Shown: piece after piece, positions 25,532 through 38,325 of the stretch
Position numbering within the stretch: the first letter of the stretch is position 1
Layout of the letters: each line of letters starts with the position of its first letter
Assembly (NCBI RefSeq): GCF_018350175.1
Contig: NC_058368.1
Span: 134,604,001 to 134,668,000, forward strand
Direction of reading: 5' to 3'
Source: Felis catus
Lineage: Eukaryota
DNA length: 64,000 nucleotides
Translations under genes and position numbers: made by a program
Notes under the pieces: model-generated
The model's input: the letters and a program-made list of their open reading frames with translations, nothing else
Database searches by the model: none
What the model was told of the DNA's origin: nothing

Positions 25532-26184
25532 CTTCCTTCTGGATTAAATAAAAATCAGAATGAAGTAAAAATTTACTTGGATCTAGAAGTACATACTTAC
25601 AACCTTATAGAGCAGCTCCTGGGTTCATGAGGGGCATGGATGGAGGTCTCCATTTTTGTGAAGCCCAGTGAACCGTGAGCTCTCTGAAGACAGCTACCAC
25701 ATCTGCCCCTCAAAGTACCTCCAGCACTTAGCACAGTGTTTGGCAGGCACATGTAATGTCCATTCAACGTCTGCTGATTAAATAGCTGCCAGAAAATATT
25801 TTCCCATAATTTTTGACTCTACTTTGAGGTGTGATTGAATAAAAATAAATTTACATTCTAATGTATAAGTTGTAATATACTTTATAATATAAGATAATAT
25901 ACTTACATTATACACAATGAATGTGCATAATAAATTTAAATAAATTTCCATTTAATTGTATAATCCATAAAATGAAAACGTCAACATTGAGCATACTATC
26001 TGTCAAGCACTCTACTAAGTCCTTACACATAAATGGTTTCATTGAGTTTACATTTCTGTATGTGTTCCCTCTTAAATCCTGAAGATACATAAGAATAGCT
26101 ACTGCATATCCCACAAAAAGGAGCACAAAGAACTTTTAAAAATCAGTGGTCATTTAGCAAACGTCTATTAGCAAACATCTTTAA

Positions 26185-26940
26185 TCTATTCATTCTTTTT
26201 ATTCATTTGAATGTCACATGCTTTTTGAACACTTACTGCCTATAAGCCCATTTTTAAGACCAGGGGATGCCAGAAAAAGTAAGAGACAGACCCTACCCTC
26301 AAGAAGCTTGCCGTCTAGTTTAAAAGGCAGAAACCCAGGGGGATAATTAGAATGCACTGTGGGAAGAGTATGAGTACCCACAAGGCATTACAGATGGCTG
26401 AGCAAGGTACCTAAACAAGCCAGGGATGAGAGAGAAGAGGTCAGGATAGGTTGCTGGCCGAAAGGGTAACTGAGTTGAGTGGTTAGGGTGCAAAGGAAAT
26501 TCGGCAAGAAAGGGGAATGCGGTGGGTGTACGGGCTTCAGGCTGATGTGACAGCTGAGGATAAAGGCGTGGACTCAAAAAAAAAATATGTGCAGGAGATT
26601 GCAAAAGTCTGGAACTTCTGAAGCATTAGGTATCATCCAGGATATGATGAAAGGTGAGGGTGGAGAAGTAGTGATAAAACCCAGACAGTGGGGGCATCTG
26701 GGCTTTATCTTGTGAGTAGAGGAAGACCCTGGGAGGGTTGGGAGCAGAGGAATCACAGGCGAGTTTGGTGTGTTTGCTAGTTCCCACAGGCGGCTGTGGG
26801 GGTGAGAGGGAGCAGGCCTGCCTGGGGCCAGAAGATCAGGACCGAGGCTGTGGTGTAAGAATCCGGCAGGAACAGGGGCGTCTGTGAAGGGGTGGAGCTT
26901 TGGAAGGGATGGAGGGGAGGAAGTAGAGTCAAGGATCCAT
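26185..26940 (-). mobile_element. L2 LINE relic
   Basis: attcattc...tgaacacttact...ccctaccctcaagaagcttgccgtctag...gggagggttgggagcagagg resembles reverse L2 3' region. Confidence 0.75.
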
Positions 26941-28587
26941 TTGACATCAGGGTCATTAACCTAATCCATGAAGGCACACGAAATCGCTTCTTAGGAATCC
27001 ATGAATCCCCTGACTTTGAGGCGTGTGTGTGTGTTTCTGAGAAAGGAGACCAGCACCTGAAGAGATACTCAAGAGTTTCACTTACAGGCAGATTCTAGAA
27101 CATGATTTTGCCTCCTATGCAAAGCTTCTGATTCTATCCTCAAAATGGGACCTTCATTCTGACTAGCCACAGGTGTCTGCTGGTGGGTCGTGGAGAAGAT
27201 TCAGTTAATGCAGAAATTTGATTTTAATTTGGCCGAGGAAAATGATCCTCTTCAGTAATATTGTAGTGCCTAACAACTGAGGTTAGGATTAGTGAACCTC
27301 CTCTTGGCTCATTTCTTCTGTCTTGATAATGGGGATGCATGAGTTTCATCAGAGAGAAAATTTCCCATCACCTCTGCCATTAATTACACCTGCATTGTCA
27401 GACCCATATTAAAAAAGTTACTTGTTATTTGTTCTCATCTTTCATACAGACACCCCATTCCCAGTAGGAAATGGTCATCTGTTTAGTTTTGAATTTTTTC
27501 TGTGAGTTCTAGTCCATGAACTGAGTTAGTTATGCGACCCAATACATTAGCTGTAACTCTTATGATGCTCACTATGACAGATACTGATGGACAGATAAGG
27601 GCAGTGAGGCATTTCAGAAGGAGCTTTTGAGGAAGAAATATTAGGGCATAACTTTCGGCTAATCTGATAATAATAATCTAATGAATGTGATTTCTGCTTT
27701 AAGAAGAAAGCACACATTTGTCTTTTCACCTTTTTTCCATGAAAATGTTTCTATACCCAGTTATATTAGTGAATGCCCAACAGTGACAATGCACCCAGAC
27801 CAATAAACATGCAGCTGTATAGAATCAGGTCATTCTAATGGAGATAGCCCCCTCCCTCTTGATAAAGCACGCTGCTACTTGAGTCAATATTCTGTAGTTC
27901 TGGGCAGAGAGAGAAAGTCAAAAGACCAACAACTCTCCAATCCAACATGTACACGATCAAAATGACACAGTGGTATGTCTCTTTTATCTGTTTTTAGTCA
28001 CAAATATATACATTCTACGGGAGTGTATCTGTCTAAAAATGAGGGACTAGAAAACATACACTATGGGTTTTTTGCTAGCTCTTCCATATGTAATCTTCTG
28101 TAGACTCGTTGTACGTCACAGGAAGGAAATATGAGCCAGGACCAACAGCCAAGGGATACAGTTTGTTATTGCTGGCCACATTATGTTGTGTGACCTTTGA
28201 CAGGGGGTGTGATGAGAATGGAAACACTTGTTTAGAAAGTAACTTTATGGTCATACTGTCTTTGCACCGGGTATCTGCATTATGTTGGACTCAGTCTTAC
28301 CCTAAATGTTTGCTCAGGTCATTCCACACTTGGCCTTCTCTATTGACATCATCGGCAAAAATAATGGAAAATGGCCGTTGTCCAACCTGTTGTTTTGTGC
28401 ATAAGGTTGCAAATGTCTTACAAATCCCATGTCTTACAAACCCTGAGTTCAGAGAGATTTTGTGTGTGATTTTTAATTTATTGGAGAATCAACTTTAATT
28501 TCCCCCAAAAGGTAATAAATGCCTCCTCCTCCAGGTTACGGGTGTTACAAAAATATTTTTTAGTATAGTTACTGTTAGAAAGTAGGA

Positions 28588-28681
28588 CTGGCTCAGTTGG
28601 TAGAGTATGTGATTCTTGATCTCAGGGTTGTAAGTTTGAGCCCCATGTTGGGTGCAGAGATTACTTAAAAAAATAAAATCT
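28588..28681 (+). mobile_element. Short tRNA-like carnivore SINE (SINEC_c-like)
   Basis: ctggctcagttggtagag...agtttgagccccatgttgggtgcagagattacttaaa; perfect 15-bp TSD tgttagaaagtagga at 28573-28587 and 28682-28696. Confidence 0.92.
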
Positions 28682-28727
28682 TGTTAGAAAGTAGGAATTT
28701 TTGTAATACTGAGAATGGTGTATCTTT

Positions 28728-28826
28728 GTGTATATTACATATTTATGTATATATAACTGCATATAAATATATGTGTGTATATGTACATATGTAGTGTGTG
28801 TGTATATATATATATATATATGCATA
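28728..28826. repeat. Degenerate (TA)/(TG) microsatellite
   Basis: Direct inspection. Confidence 0.85.
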
Positions 28827-29000
28827 TTTACACATGTGAGTGTATAATTTGCCACTGCACAACACTATCTCTTTTAGAAGTTGTGCTATTACACTTCATC
28901 AAAATACTTTACTGACTCCACCTGAGAGTTGATCCAAAGGGCAAAGTTTTGATGTTCTTTTCCCCTGTGCTTAAGGATCTCCTTGAGAGATCCTTTAACA

Positions 29001-29227
29001 GAGCACCTGGGTTGCTCAGTTGGCTACCTGTCCAACTCATAATTTTGGCTCAGGTCATGATCTCATGCATGGTTCATGAGTTTGAGCCCTGAATTGGGCT
29101 CTAAGGTGACAATGTGGAGCCTGCTTGGGATTCTCTCTCTGCCCCTCCCCTGCTCATGCTCACTCACTTGCGCTCTCTCTCTCTCTCTCTCTCTCTCAAA
29201 ATAAATAAATAAACATTTTTAAAAAAA
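29001..29227 (+). mobile_element. Can-SINE
   Basis: gagcacctgggttgctcagttgg...(CT)n, aataaa tail. Confidence 0.92.
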
Positions 29228-29663
29228 TGAACTTAATTGCTTTATCTTTTCAGAAAGTAATAAGCTAAATATGACCTTAGTTACTTAAAACAGCATGGAT
29301 TCTCAAGTATCATATTCCCTCTCTGCATATACAAAATCAAAAACCAAATGTATGTATCTAGGTGCCCCCAAATTACAACAAAATTCCTTTGGAATATGTG
29401 ATCATTGGGCTGAGCCATAGTTCACCCTTGAATATTCTAGAAAATTAGCACATGTTTAACCAATTAATAATTTTATATTGCTAGGTATTATTATTATATA
29501 TTAACATAAATTAAAATTTAGGGGTGTTATGATAGAGTTGGAATTTAATGTTACCAGATCTGATTTGAAACCCAGTTCTGCATGTTGGGGATATAGAAGA
29601 CCCAACTCGCTTCTGAGAGTGGTTTCCATGGTGAGATAAGCTAATGAAAAAGTACATGCCTCC

Positions 29664-30088
29664 TGTTATGGACTGAATTGTTCCTGCCCCCTAAGTCCTA
29701 TATTGAAGACCAAACCCCCAGTACCTAAGAATGGGACTATGTTTAGAAATAGGGGTTTAAAGGTAATGAAGATAAAATGAGGTCATACAAGTGGACCCTA
29801 ATCCAATATGACTGATGTTCTTGTAAGGAGGGGAGATTGGACACAGACACAAGCAAGAGGAAAACCATATAAAGACACAGGGAGAGGACAGCCATCTACA
29901 AACCAAGAAGAGAGGCCTCAGAAAACAAAACAAAACAAAACAAAAAACAAACAAACAAAAACAAAACCACCTGCCGGACATTTGATCTCAGACTTCTAGC
30001 CCTAAAGAACTGTGATAAGATAGTCTTCTGTTGTTGAAGCTAGCCATTCTGTGGTGCTCTGTTATGGCAGCCCTTGCAGACTAAATAC
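29664..30088 (+). mobile_element. MaLR solo LTR (MLT1B-like)
   Basis: tgttatggactgaattg...ccctaatccaatatgactg...gttatggcagcc..gactaaatac. Confidence 0.9.
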
Positions 30089-30234
30089 CAACTAAACTAT
30101 AAAATTCTGTAGAAGGTGGGTCATTAGTGTCCTACCTCTGACAACAAACTATTGTTGTGGTTTGCTTCTATATAAACATGTCCGAATTGCGATCATAATA
30201 ATTCACATCTCTTCATTTTAAAAAGCGGCTCTGA

Positions 30235-30414
30235 GGGCAGCTGGGTGGCTCAGTCGGTTGATCATCCGACTTTGGCTCAGGTCATGATCTCACAGTTCAT
30301 GAGTCTGAGCCCCTCATCAGGCTCTGTGCTGGCTCTGTGCTGACAGCTTAGAGCCGGGAGCCTGCTTCAGATTCTGTGTCTCCCTCTCTCTCTGCCCCTC
30401 CCCTGATCATCCTT

Positions 30415-30451
<37 letters not shown>

Positions 30452-30474
30452 AATAATAGACATTAAAAAAAAAA
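30235..30474 (+). mobile_element. Can-SINE (first of a pair)
   Basis: Full body; internal ggctctgtgct duplication. Confidence 0.95.
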
Positions 30475-30565
30475 TGAACACATAAGGATCTTATTTAAGT
30501 AATTCTATCATATAGTAAAAGAATAAAAGAAAAAATAATTAAAAAAAAAAAAAAAGACTGCCGTT

Positions 30566-30725
30566 GGTGTTGCCTGTGTGGCTCAGTCAGTTGAATGCCT
30601 GACTTTGGCTCAATTCATGATCTCACGGTTCATGGGTTCAAGCCCTACATCCGGCTCTGTGCTGCTGGCTCAGAGCCTGGAACCTGCTCAAAAACTGTGT
30701 CTGCCCCTCTCCCACTCAAATGCTG

Positions 30726-30774
<49 letters not shown>

Positions 30775-30801
30775 AATAAACAAATATAAAAAAAAATTTT
30801 T
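30566..30801 (+). mobile_element. Can-SINE (second of a pair)
   Basis: Full body, long (CT)n, A tail. Confidence 0.95.
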
Positions 30802-31378
30802 AAGTGGCTCTGATTAGTCTCCCTGGCTTAAAACAGGGAGAATTTAGCTCTTACTAAATTTTCTTTGGACTTCAAAATAATGACATTGAATTTAATTTAA
30901 ACTTTTCAATGATGAATTCCAGCATTGCATCAAATTTGTTCAAATTACTTTTGTTTTCTGTGTCTTGCATATTAGAGACCATGGAAATTGTGAACTTCTA
31001 AAAATACCATACAAATATCTGACGCTGTGGTTGGTGTGAACTCTTGAGTGCATGTTCGTTTATTGTGTTTGTCCCTATGTATTTGAAACCCTTTATTTTT
31101 TACATTTGAAACACAAAGTCAATTTTACTGCATGTCAGTTTAAAATTTTTTAGGGTATACGATGCTAACAACGTACGATGTAATTAAAGAATGAGTCCCA
31201 AGGGGGGAAAAAGTATTCACAGTCACTGATGTTTGGAAATAAACAAATTTATGCAGATTTTGACCCAAAAAAAAGAAATATATGAAATATGGTTTGGAAA
31301 GACAGAAGAAAGTGTCATCAATCTCAACAATATAGGGTAGTCCTGAACAAGGGGAGGTAGCTCAAGTCAGAATGGATC

Positions 31379-33550
31379 TGTATTAGTTGGCCAGGACTAT
31401 CATAACAAAATACCACAGGTAGCTTCAATAACAGAACTTTCTTTTCTCCCAGTTCTGGAGGCTGTAAGTCCGCTCTCAAAGTGCAGTCAGGGTTGGTTTC
31501 TGCTGAGGCTTCTCTGCTGGCTTGCAAATGGCCGTCTTCCCACTGTGTCCTCACTTGGCCTTTCCTCTGTGTGTGCGTGCAAAGAGAGCTCTCTAATGTC
31601 TCTTCCTCTTCTTAAAAGGATAACAGTCCTCTCAGATTAAAGCCCCCATTACAACCTCACTTCACTTTTAAACCTCCTTAAACGTCCTATTTCCAAATAC
31701 AGTAAAATTGGGGGTTAACATGAATTTGGGGGGACACAACTCAGCCCATAACATTAATCTATCTAGCCCCCCCCAAATCCATGTCCTTCTCACATGCAAA
31801 ATGCATCCACTTAGCATTCACCCAACAGCCCCAAAAGTCTTAACCCACTCCAGCATCATTTCCAAATCAATTCTCACTAAATGTCATTTAACTCAGACAT
31901 GGGTGAAACTCGGGGTACAGTTCACCCTGAGGCAAAATTCCTCTGCAGCTGAGACCCTGTGAAATCAAACAAGTTTATGCTTTCAAAATACAGTGGATGC
32001 GCATAAGAGGGACACTCCCATTCCAAAAGGAAGAAATCTGAAGGAAGGGGTGACAGGTAGCAAACAAATCCAAAACTTAGCAAGGCAAATTCCGTTAGAT
32101 CTTAATGCTCAGGAATAATCCTCCTTGGCTCAGTGCTCTGCCTTCTGGGCCTACGGGGTTGGGGAGGAGGCACTCTTTGCAATCGCCATCTTTGCAATGC
32201 CCCGACCCTGCAGCACTGAGAGGTGGTAGCCTTGGCCCCAGAAAGAGAGAAGGTGGCCCCACTCTCTGAAACCAGGGAGGAGACAGCCTCGCCCCAGCAA
32301 CCACTGGTACTACTGGGTGGCTGTGCTGATCTCTGAATCCCCATTGGGGTCATTCTTTCCTTTTCTTGCAGAATACAGCATGTTTACAGCCGGATCTCTC
32401 TACTGCCTGTTCTATAGAATCCTAGAAGTCTGGACGGTTTCCTTTGTTTCATCCTGTCACTGTCTCTTTTTATTTAAACTGGCATTCTTATCCCATCTCT
32501 ATTCCTGGCTTCTGCTGAGATGGCCGATTAAAAACCATGGATAATCTCTTTATGGGAAAGTGATTTCCACACCTTTGGTGTTGTCTCCAAAATGTGTTTT
32601 CTTATTTTTTTTGCAATATGGATAGGCTGAGAATTTTTCAAACTTTCAAGAGCTGGTGGCATTGTGGCCCAAGAGTTTCTTCAATTTATCTCTCTCCATT
32701 CTCATTTTACCATAAGCAGTAAACACTTTCAAAAATTTGCTCAGAAATCCCCTCAGCTAAATAACTAATTTCATCACTCACCAGTTCTGCCTTCCACAGA
32801 ACATGAGAGCACACATCAACCAAGTTCTTTGCCCCTTTATAACAAGAATCACCTTTCCTCCAGTGACCAATAACAGATTCTTCATTTCCACTGAGATCTC
32901 ACCTTTAATGCTCATATTTCTACCATTATTCTGTTCATGATGATATATGTATTCCCTGAGACAACAGAAGCTTTCTCTCTGATTCTCTTCTTTCTGAGCC
33001 TTCACCAGAATGAATTTTAACATCCATATTTCTACCAATTATCCTTCAGGGCCATCTTGGCCTTCTCTAACATGTGCTTCAAAGCTGTCTCAGCTTCTAC
33101 CAATTACTCAGTTTCAAAGTCATGTCCACATTTTTAGGTATTTATTACAGTAGCACCCCACTTCACTGCACTGAAATCTCTATCACTTTACTTGGAATGG
33201 TAACAAACTACCACAGACTGGGTTGTTTAAACAACAACAAATCTCTTTTCTCGCAGTTCTCTAGAACTGAAAGTTCAAGATCAAAGTGCTATCAGAGTAG
33301 ATTTCTGGTGAGACCTCTCTTCCTGACCTATAGACAGCTGCATTCTTGCTATGTCCCCTGACTTGGTTTTTCCTCCCTTCCTGCACAGAGAGAGCTCAAT
33401 GGTATCTCTTTCTCTTCTTAAAAGGATATTAGTCATATCAGATTTAGAACTCACCACTATGACCTCTTGAACCTTAATTACCTCCTTAAAGGTTCTGTCT
33501 CAGAACAAAGTCACACTAGAGAATTCAACATATGAATTCAGGCTGTAACA
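31379..33550 (-). mobile_element. MaLR element: LTR (31379-31753), internal region, LTR (about 33179-33550); MLT1A/B-like
   Basis: Two homologous blocks (taacaaa.taccacag, cagttct, agagagctc, tcttcttaaaaggat, ending taaca) flank MLT-int-like sequence (ccccaaatccatgtccttctcacatgcaaa ... agcaccccactt). Confidence 0.85.
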
Positions 33551-34049
33551 GAACATAAGGAATCCCTTTAAGAGCTTTGCTATGGTTTAGAGAGAGATGA
33601 AGGATTGGCCAGAAGTAGGCCTGGAATCCTAATGGAATCCTCCAGCAACATTCTGGATCTTGAGAGAACCTTAAGAAATCATATCTTAGCATTTGGCTTC
33701 TGAAAGTGAAAGTCCTACTAACCTAGAAGAGATGAGTTTCCGTTTTCTTTTCAATATTCCTGAGTGTAGAGACTGCAACCACATTAGATAGCCTTTCTAA
33801 GTCAAAGACCCCTTGGTGCTGAACAAAATCTTTCTTTTTTCATCTTCTGCAATCACTGGGAATGATATGCACATTACACATTCAACAAGAATTCATGTCA
33901 TTTGGTTCACATAGTGGAAGATGACATAGAAGGGAAAGTCAAGTTTCCTACCCTCAAGAAATGTAAGGCAGTAGCCAAGGGAATAGGAAGAGTCACATGG
34001 ATTGATTTATCAGAGACATCTGTCATCAAATCACCCATATTACCTCAGT

Positions 34050-34235
34050 GGAATTACATTAGATTGGGAGTCAGAAGGACTGAGCTCTGTTTCCACCTCA
34101 ACCACTACTTACTTATGCAGACATGATGAATTTAACCTCTCTGTATCTGTGTTTCCTTATGTGTAAAATGGTAGTTGTAGGAACAAGTGGTTGAACTAGA
34201 AAATTTCTAAATATCTTTCAGCTCTTTCTAATACT
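34050..34235 (+). mobile_element. MIR/MIR3 relic
   Basis: tttaacctctctgtatctgtgtttccttatgtgtaaaatgg core. Confidence 0.7.
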
Positions 34236-34243
34236 CCACAATT

Positions 34244-34260
34244 GTGTGTGTGTGTGTGTG
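34244..34260. repeat. (TG)n microsatellite
   Basis: Direct inspection. Confidence 0.9.
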
Positions 34261-34261
34261 G

Positions 34262-34638
34262 TGTTAAGTTTATTATTTTTTGGTACAATTGTAAATGGGA
34301 TTGTTTTCTTAATTTCTCTTTCTGCTACTTAATTATTAGTGTAGAAATACAACAGATTTCTGTATATTAGTTTTGTATCCTGAAAATTTACTGAGTTCAT
34401 TTATCACTTCTAGTAGTTTTTTGGTGGATCTTTTAGGGTTTTCTATATATAGTATGTCATCTACAAATAGTGAAAATTTTATTTCTTCCTTATTAATATG
34501 AATGCCTTTTATTTCTTTTTCTTGTCTGATTGCTATGGCTAGGGCTTCTAGTACTATATTGAATAAATATGGTGAGAGTGGACATTCTTGTCTTGTTCAT
34601 GATCTTAGAGAAAAAGCTCTCTGGTTTTTTACCATTTT
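34262..34638 (-). mobile_element. L1 ORF2 (RT region) fragment
   Basis: tgtaaatgggattgttttcttaatttc...tatgtcatctacaaatag (reverse of LFVDDI, a YADD-like motif)...ggtgagagtggacattcttgtcttg. Confidence 0.92.
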
Positions 34639-36259
34639 TTAAACTTCCCTGACATAGTCTTACAGGCTAAGTTGTCCAACACTTCATTCATTTTTGGGGG
34701 GTTTCATGTTACCATGAAGTACAGAGGCCAAAACTGGAAACTGTATTTAATAAAGTATTAAAATTATTCCTGGGCCTTGAATATCATTCTTCTTTTATGA
34801 TTCTCCATATCATGTCTCTCTGTTCTCAGAATGGAAGTTAGGCTCAGAACTTTATACCCAAAATACGATTGAATGTGATATGCCATAAAAACATGAGGAA
34901 AAAACAACCAAAACAGTGGAGGACTCAGTAATTCTTTCAACCAGTCCAAAAATAAAAATATTTATTTCTAAAAGAAGGAAATTTACTGAGTAATTGACAA
35001 TATCCTTTTCCCTTTTTCTCTATGAAGGCAGTGTTTCATTTACAAGGAATTAGATGCTTTCCCATATTTGGGGGAGGAATGAGACACAGTATGATTTATG
35101 ACCGTGACAATGATCTTAATCTTTTCCTCCATTGACTCTGGGTGTCAGACACAGCTCAAGTTGAGAGGCCTGTCCTTTAGAGTGTAACCTTTCAGAGTGA
35201 CTTGTGCATTCCTGCATGTCTAAGGTTAAACCTGTTTGACATGGTACCTGGACCTATAATGCCTTGAAATTTGATTCCAAACGTTTGCATACAAGTAATA
35301 CTATTTTTTAAGGTAGGGATTGTTTTTGTTCAAAAATAGTAGTTCCTTATTAGAAAGATCTTCAGATGATGTCATTACTATATATTGCACTGCAAGTTGA
35401 GAGGATCAGGTTCAAGTGTCAAATTCTCAGACACTGGCTAAGGAGAGGCTAAGAATGTGACAAAATGATAAGCTTGGTCTCCTGGAAAATGAATTCACCC
35501 ATCGTGCTTTTCAGTGCCTTTTGTTGGTGGACTTTTCCCCTTTAATTTGAGAATCGAAAAGGCCACCTTCCTCTCACTAGACTGACTGTGGAAAATGAAA
35601 AGGAAATCCTAAGTATTTGAAAATGATAATTAGCTGATACATAAATACTATTAAGTAATTCATTTTGAGGGGTAAATGTGCATTTATTCTCTTTGGGTTA
35701 CATGCAGGGGAGAACTGCACAAAATGGTGAGAGGATTCAAAGTTGAGTACTCACAATCTTGGGGACATGGATATGCGTCTTAAGCACAATATTTCAGAAC
35801 ACCAATTAGACAGTAGAAAAATAAAGTGTGACAGAGAGGGCAAGAGACTCAAGAACAACACTCTGGAAAGCTTGACAGGAGAAGCTACCAATTTCTTATT
35901 TTTATCCTCATAAAGCAGAATTCCTCACAGGGGCTCCACATTCCTCAGGCTCAGACATGATTAAACACCATACCTTTTAAAATGTTTTACTATTCCAAGC
36001 TGAGGAATATATAAATAACCCCTTTCCAGCTACCACTCCTCAGCCTGGAATTTAAGCCGAGTGCCTTCTGGGCTTCAGTCTGCTTTGACCAGACTCCATG
36101 GAAGAACGGCAGAAAATTTGCCTTGTGAGGAGCCTGGAAGTCTGGATGTAGGAGAAAATAAAGTGGACGTGAACAACACTCGGAAGGTGGTCGGAGAAGC
36201 AGTCAGCAAAATGGAGCCCATGTTTTTTCTTGCCTTGGCATATTTTAAGAAACAAGGAT

Positions 36260-36470
36260 GGGGGCACCTGGGTGGCTCAGTCGGTTAAGCATCTAACTTC
36301 GGCTCATGTCATGATCTCACAGTTCGTGGGTTTGCACCCTGTGTTGGGTTCTGTGCTGAGAGCCTGGAGCCTGGAGCCTGCTTCCAGGCTCCCTCTCTCT
36401 GCCCCTCCTCTGCTCGTTCTGTCTCCCTTTCTCTCAAAATGAAATAAAAATTGCAAAAACATTTTTTTTT
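36260..36470 (+). mobile_element. Can-SINE
   Basis: ggggcacctgggtggctcagtcgg...; degenerate aagaaaYaaKga TSD. Confidence 0.93.
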
Positions 36471-36549
36471 AAAGAAATAATGAAGTGTAGCCATGTGGTG
36501 ATGTGAAGGAAGTTTGAACCAACTGAGAGCTACTTCTAAAGTCGCACCA

Positions 36550-36760
36550 GGGCACCTGGGTGGCTCAGTTGGTTAAGCATCTGACTTCAGCTCAGGTCAT
36601 GATCTCACAGTTCATGAGTTCGGGCCCCACAGCAGACTCTGTGCTGACAGCCCAGAGCCTGGAACTTGCTTCAGATTCTGTGTCTCCCTCTATCTCGACC
36701 CCTTCCCTGCTCACACTCTGTCTCTCAACAATAAATAACTGTTAAAAGAAAAAAAAAATT
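36550..36760 (+). mobile_element. Can-SINE
   Basis: Full body; TSD taaagtcKcRcca. Confidence 0.93.
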
Positions 36761-37232
36761 AAAGTCTCGCCAAGTGACTGGTATTGATAGGGACACAGGA
36801 CTTTGCTGAGCAAGCAGATGTGAAGACCCTGGTGTGTGTGCTGGAGCTGCCTCGTGTCAGAAGTCACATCTAAAGTAATCATATGCCACCCTCACTGTGA
36901 TCCGTACAGCGAAGTTCCTGTGCCAAGGGGCCCTGATGAGGTGGGGCAGGGCCAGGTCCTGTCTTGCCTGATCCAGCCCTGACCTGTCTCTGTAATCTTG
37001 CTTCCCACTACGACCCTATATACTAGCCAAGCCAAATAATCTTTTATACAGAATATGGCATCTCCATTCCTACTTCTGTGCTTTTTCTCACACCATACCC
37101 TTTTTTTTCTCTCACTCTCTCTCCCCCGATACCTCTCTCTCTACTTTTTCTCTTACTTAAGGATTCCTTTCCCCTCAAATCTCCATTTAAGTGTCACTCC
37201 CTTACAAAACAATTTTCCTGTACATTGTGAAC

Positions 37233-37500
37233 CAGTGTTTTTTAAATAATGGCCCTCAAACTATCTGCAGAAGGGAGGGAGGGAGAGAGGGAAGGAAGAA
37301 AGGAAGGAAGGAGGAAGGAAGGAAGGGAAGGGAAGGGGAAGAAGAAGGAGAAGGAGCAGGAGAAGGAAAGGAGAAAGGAAAGGGGAAAGGAAAGGGGGGA
37401 GGGAAAGGGAAAGGGGTTTCTGAGCCCCTGCCCCAGATTGAAGGGTGAAGCCAGGAACCTGCATTTTAAGCAGCTCGCCAGATGCTTCTCTGCTCTCTAC
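37233..37500. mobile_element. MER5-family MITE interrupted by a purine tract
   Basis: cagtgttttttaaa start; ccaggaacctgcattttaagcagctcgccagatgcttct matches the MER5 end. Confidence 0.6.
37269..37416. repeat. Polypurine GA-rich low-complexity tract
   Basis: About 148 nt of A/G with a single C. Confidence 0.95.
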
Positions 37501-37501
37501 T

Positions 37502-37655
37502 CTGTGAGGATACACTAAGAAATCAGCAGTCTACAACCTAGAAAAGAGCCCTCACCAGAGTCAAACTGTGCTAGGGTCCTCACCTCAGACTTCCAGCCTC
37601 CAAAACTAGGAAAGATACATTTCTGTGTTACCCAGCCCGAACAGACTGAGACACA
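37502..37655 (+). mobile_element. MaLR LTR 3' fragment (MLT1A-like)
   Basis: gtgaggatacac...gagccctcaccaga...cagacttccagcctccaaaact...agactgagaca. Confidence 0.8.
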
Positions 37656-37659
37656 TCCT

Positions 37660-38020
37660 CTTTGAGCCAGTAATTCTGTCTCCAGGAGTTCATCCTATAG
37701 AAGGGAATTGCTTAAGACTATATATACAAAGACATCCATTGTGTTGGCTATAATAACAAAAGGCTGCAAGCAAGTTAAATGTCCATAAACTGAAAACTAG
37801 TTAAATGCATACACACATACATACATATATGTGTACATATGCACAGAACACTTCTAGAAGCATATGCAGAAAACTAGGGATAGCTGTTGCCTCTGAGGTA
37901 AAGGAGTGGAATAAGGCTGGGGTTGGGTGAAAAAATTACTTTTTCCTTTATGTACTTTGGCATTGTTTGAATTTTTAGTTCTACCTACTTACTTACTTAT
38001 CTATCTATTTTTGCCACATG
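37660..38020 (+). mobile_element. Old L1M 3' relic
   Basis: ctttgagccagtaattctgtctccagga...ttaaatgtccat...gctgttgcctctgagg. Confidence 0.55.
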
Positions 38021-38032
38021 TATTATTTTTTC

Positions 38033-38258
38033 TTTTTTTCCTTTTTTTAATGTTTATTTATTTTGAGAGAGAGAGAGAGAGAGTGTGAGCATGAGTGTGG
38101 GAGGGGCAGAGGTGGGGGTGGAGAGAGAGAATCCCAAGCAAGCTCCGCACTGTCAGTACAGAGACTGACCCAGGGCTCCAACTCACAAACCATGAGATCA
38201 TGACCTGAGCCAAAATCAAGAGTTGGATGCTCAACTGACTGAGCCACCCAGGTGCCCC
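38033..38258 (-). mobile_element. Can-SINE
   Basis: 12-bp TSD tattattttttc at 38021-38032 and 38259-38270. Confidence 0.95.
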
Positions 38259-38325
38259 TATTATTTTTTCAATAATAAAATTTAATTACAATTCTAAAAC
38301 ATATTAGGGCTTGCTTGAAGCCTCT

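Noticed and set aside
28588..28660. tRNA-like sequence with A and B boxes
   Set aside because: It has a SINE tail and a 15-bp TSD and no intact acceptor stem; it is a short Can-SINE, not a tRNA gene.
36040..36930. Coding-looking sequence split by two SINEs, considered as a processed pseudogene
   Set aside because: No recognisable protein after removing the SINEs, and no poly(A) or TSD.
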